From the NCBI RefSeq assembly GCF_009914755.1, contig NC_060925.1: DNA of 64,000 bases; one strand, written 5' to 3'. The translations under genes and the position numbers were made by a program. The DNA is from the human T2T-CHM13v2.0 reference genome, Homo sapiens. Every line of letters starts with the position of its first letter. Within the stretch, counting starts at the first letter, position 1. Under the pieces are notes generated by a model, which had not been told where the DNA came from, did no database searches, and saw only the letters and a list, made by a program, of their open reading frames with translations. Positions 63,601-64,000 of this stretch are shown here, piece by piece.

Positions 63601-64000
63601 CATACATACATTCCAAAATACTGGTATACATAATATTTAAATGTTTTTACAAATTCAGAAAGGTTTGTTTTTTAAATTTTATCATTTCTGGGTCATGTTT
63701 ACCTCTGGAGGGCAAGAAGAAGTTGGGCTCAGACAGGCAAACACAGGTAACCTTCAATGACACTGTTTTAATTCTTAACTCGGTAGACAAGTTCAAGAAT
63801 ATTCATATTAGTATGCTTTTTAACTTACCCATAAAATGCATGCTATTACATGTATCTTATATTACACCAACACCCATGATGTCATGGGAAAACCATTCTG
63901 CCCTTTCCTGCACTCTATTCTTTGGATGTGGAAAGACAAAACGAGCCTCACAAATCAACCTTGAACTGTGTGTGTAACAGGGCCCAAGAGCTTGACAGGC

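Overview
This is primate, almost certainly human, genomic DNA, rich in Alu, MIR, L2 and L1 repeats. It holds two minus-strand genes in tandem. (1) The 3' end of USP48: four terminal coding exons at 62056-61931, 59198-59150, 52790-52764 and 51395-51373. They splice in frame to ...[74 protein letters not shown], followed by a 3' UTR with four AATAAA signals. (2) About 9 kb further downstream, the 5' end of RAP1GAP: a distal CpG-island first exon (donor at 41208), a second CpG-island first exon encoding MSGRKRSFTFGAYGG (23721-23678), and a shared 36-nt exon (21695-21660). The rest of RAP1GAP lies off the left edge. Gene names come from my recall of the peptides, not from a database search. Almost all ORFs in the supplied track are Alu-derived or GC-rich noise. 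I found no wholly new gene system. The best unexplained leads are: an unbroken reading frame through the 'non-coding' RAP1GAP first exon back to a MIR-derived strong-Kozak ATG; an old ~230-260 bp direct duplication between the two genes; an orphan intronic CpG island; an RFX/GC-box promoter with an upstream (GGAA)12 microsatellite; and a tightly spaced inverted Alu pair.
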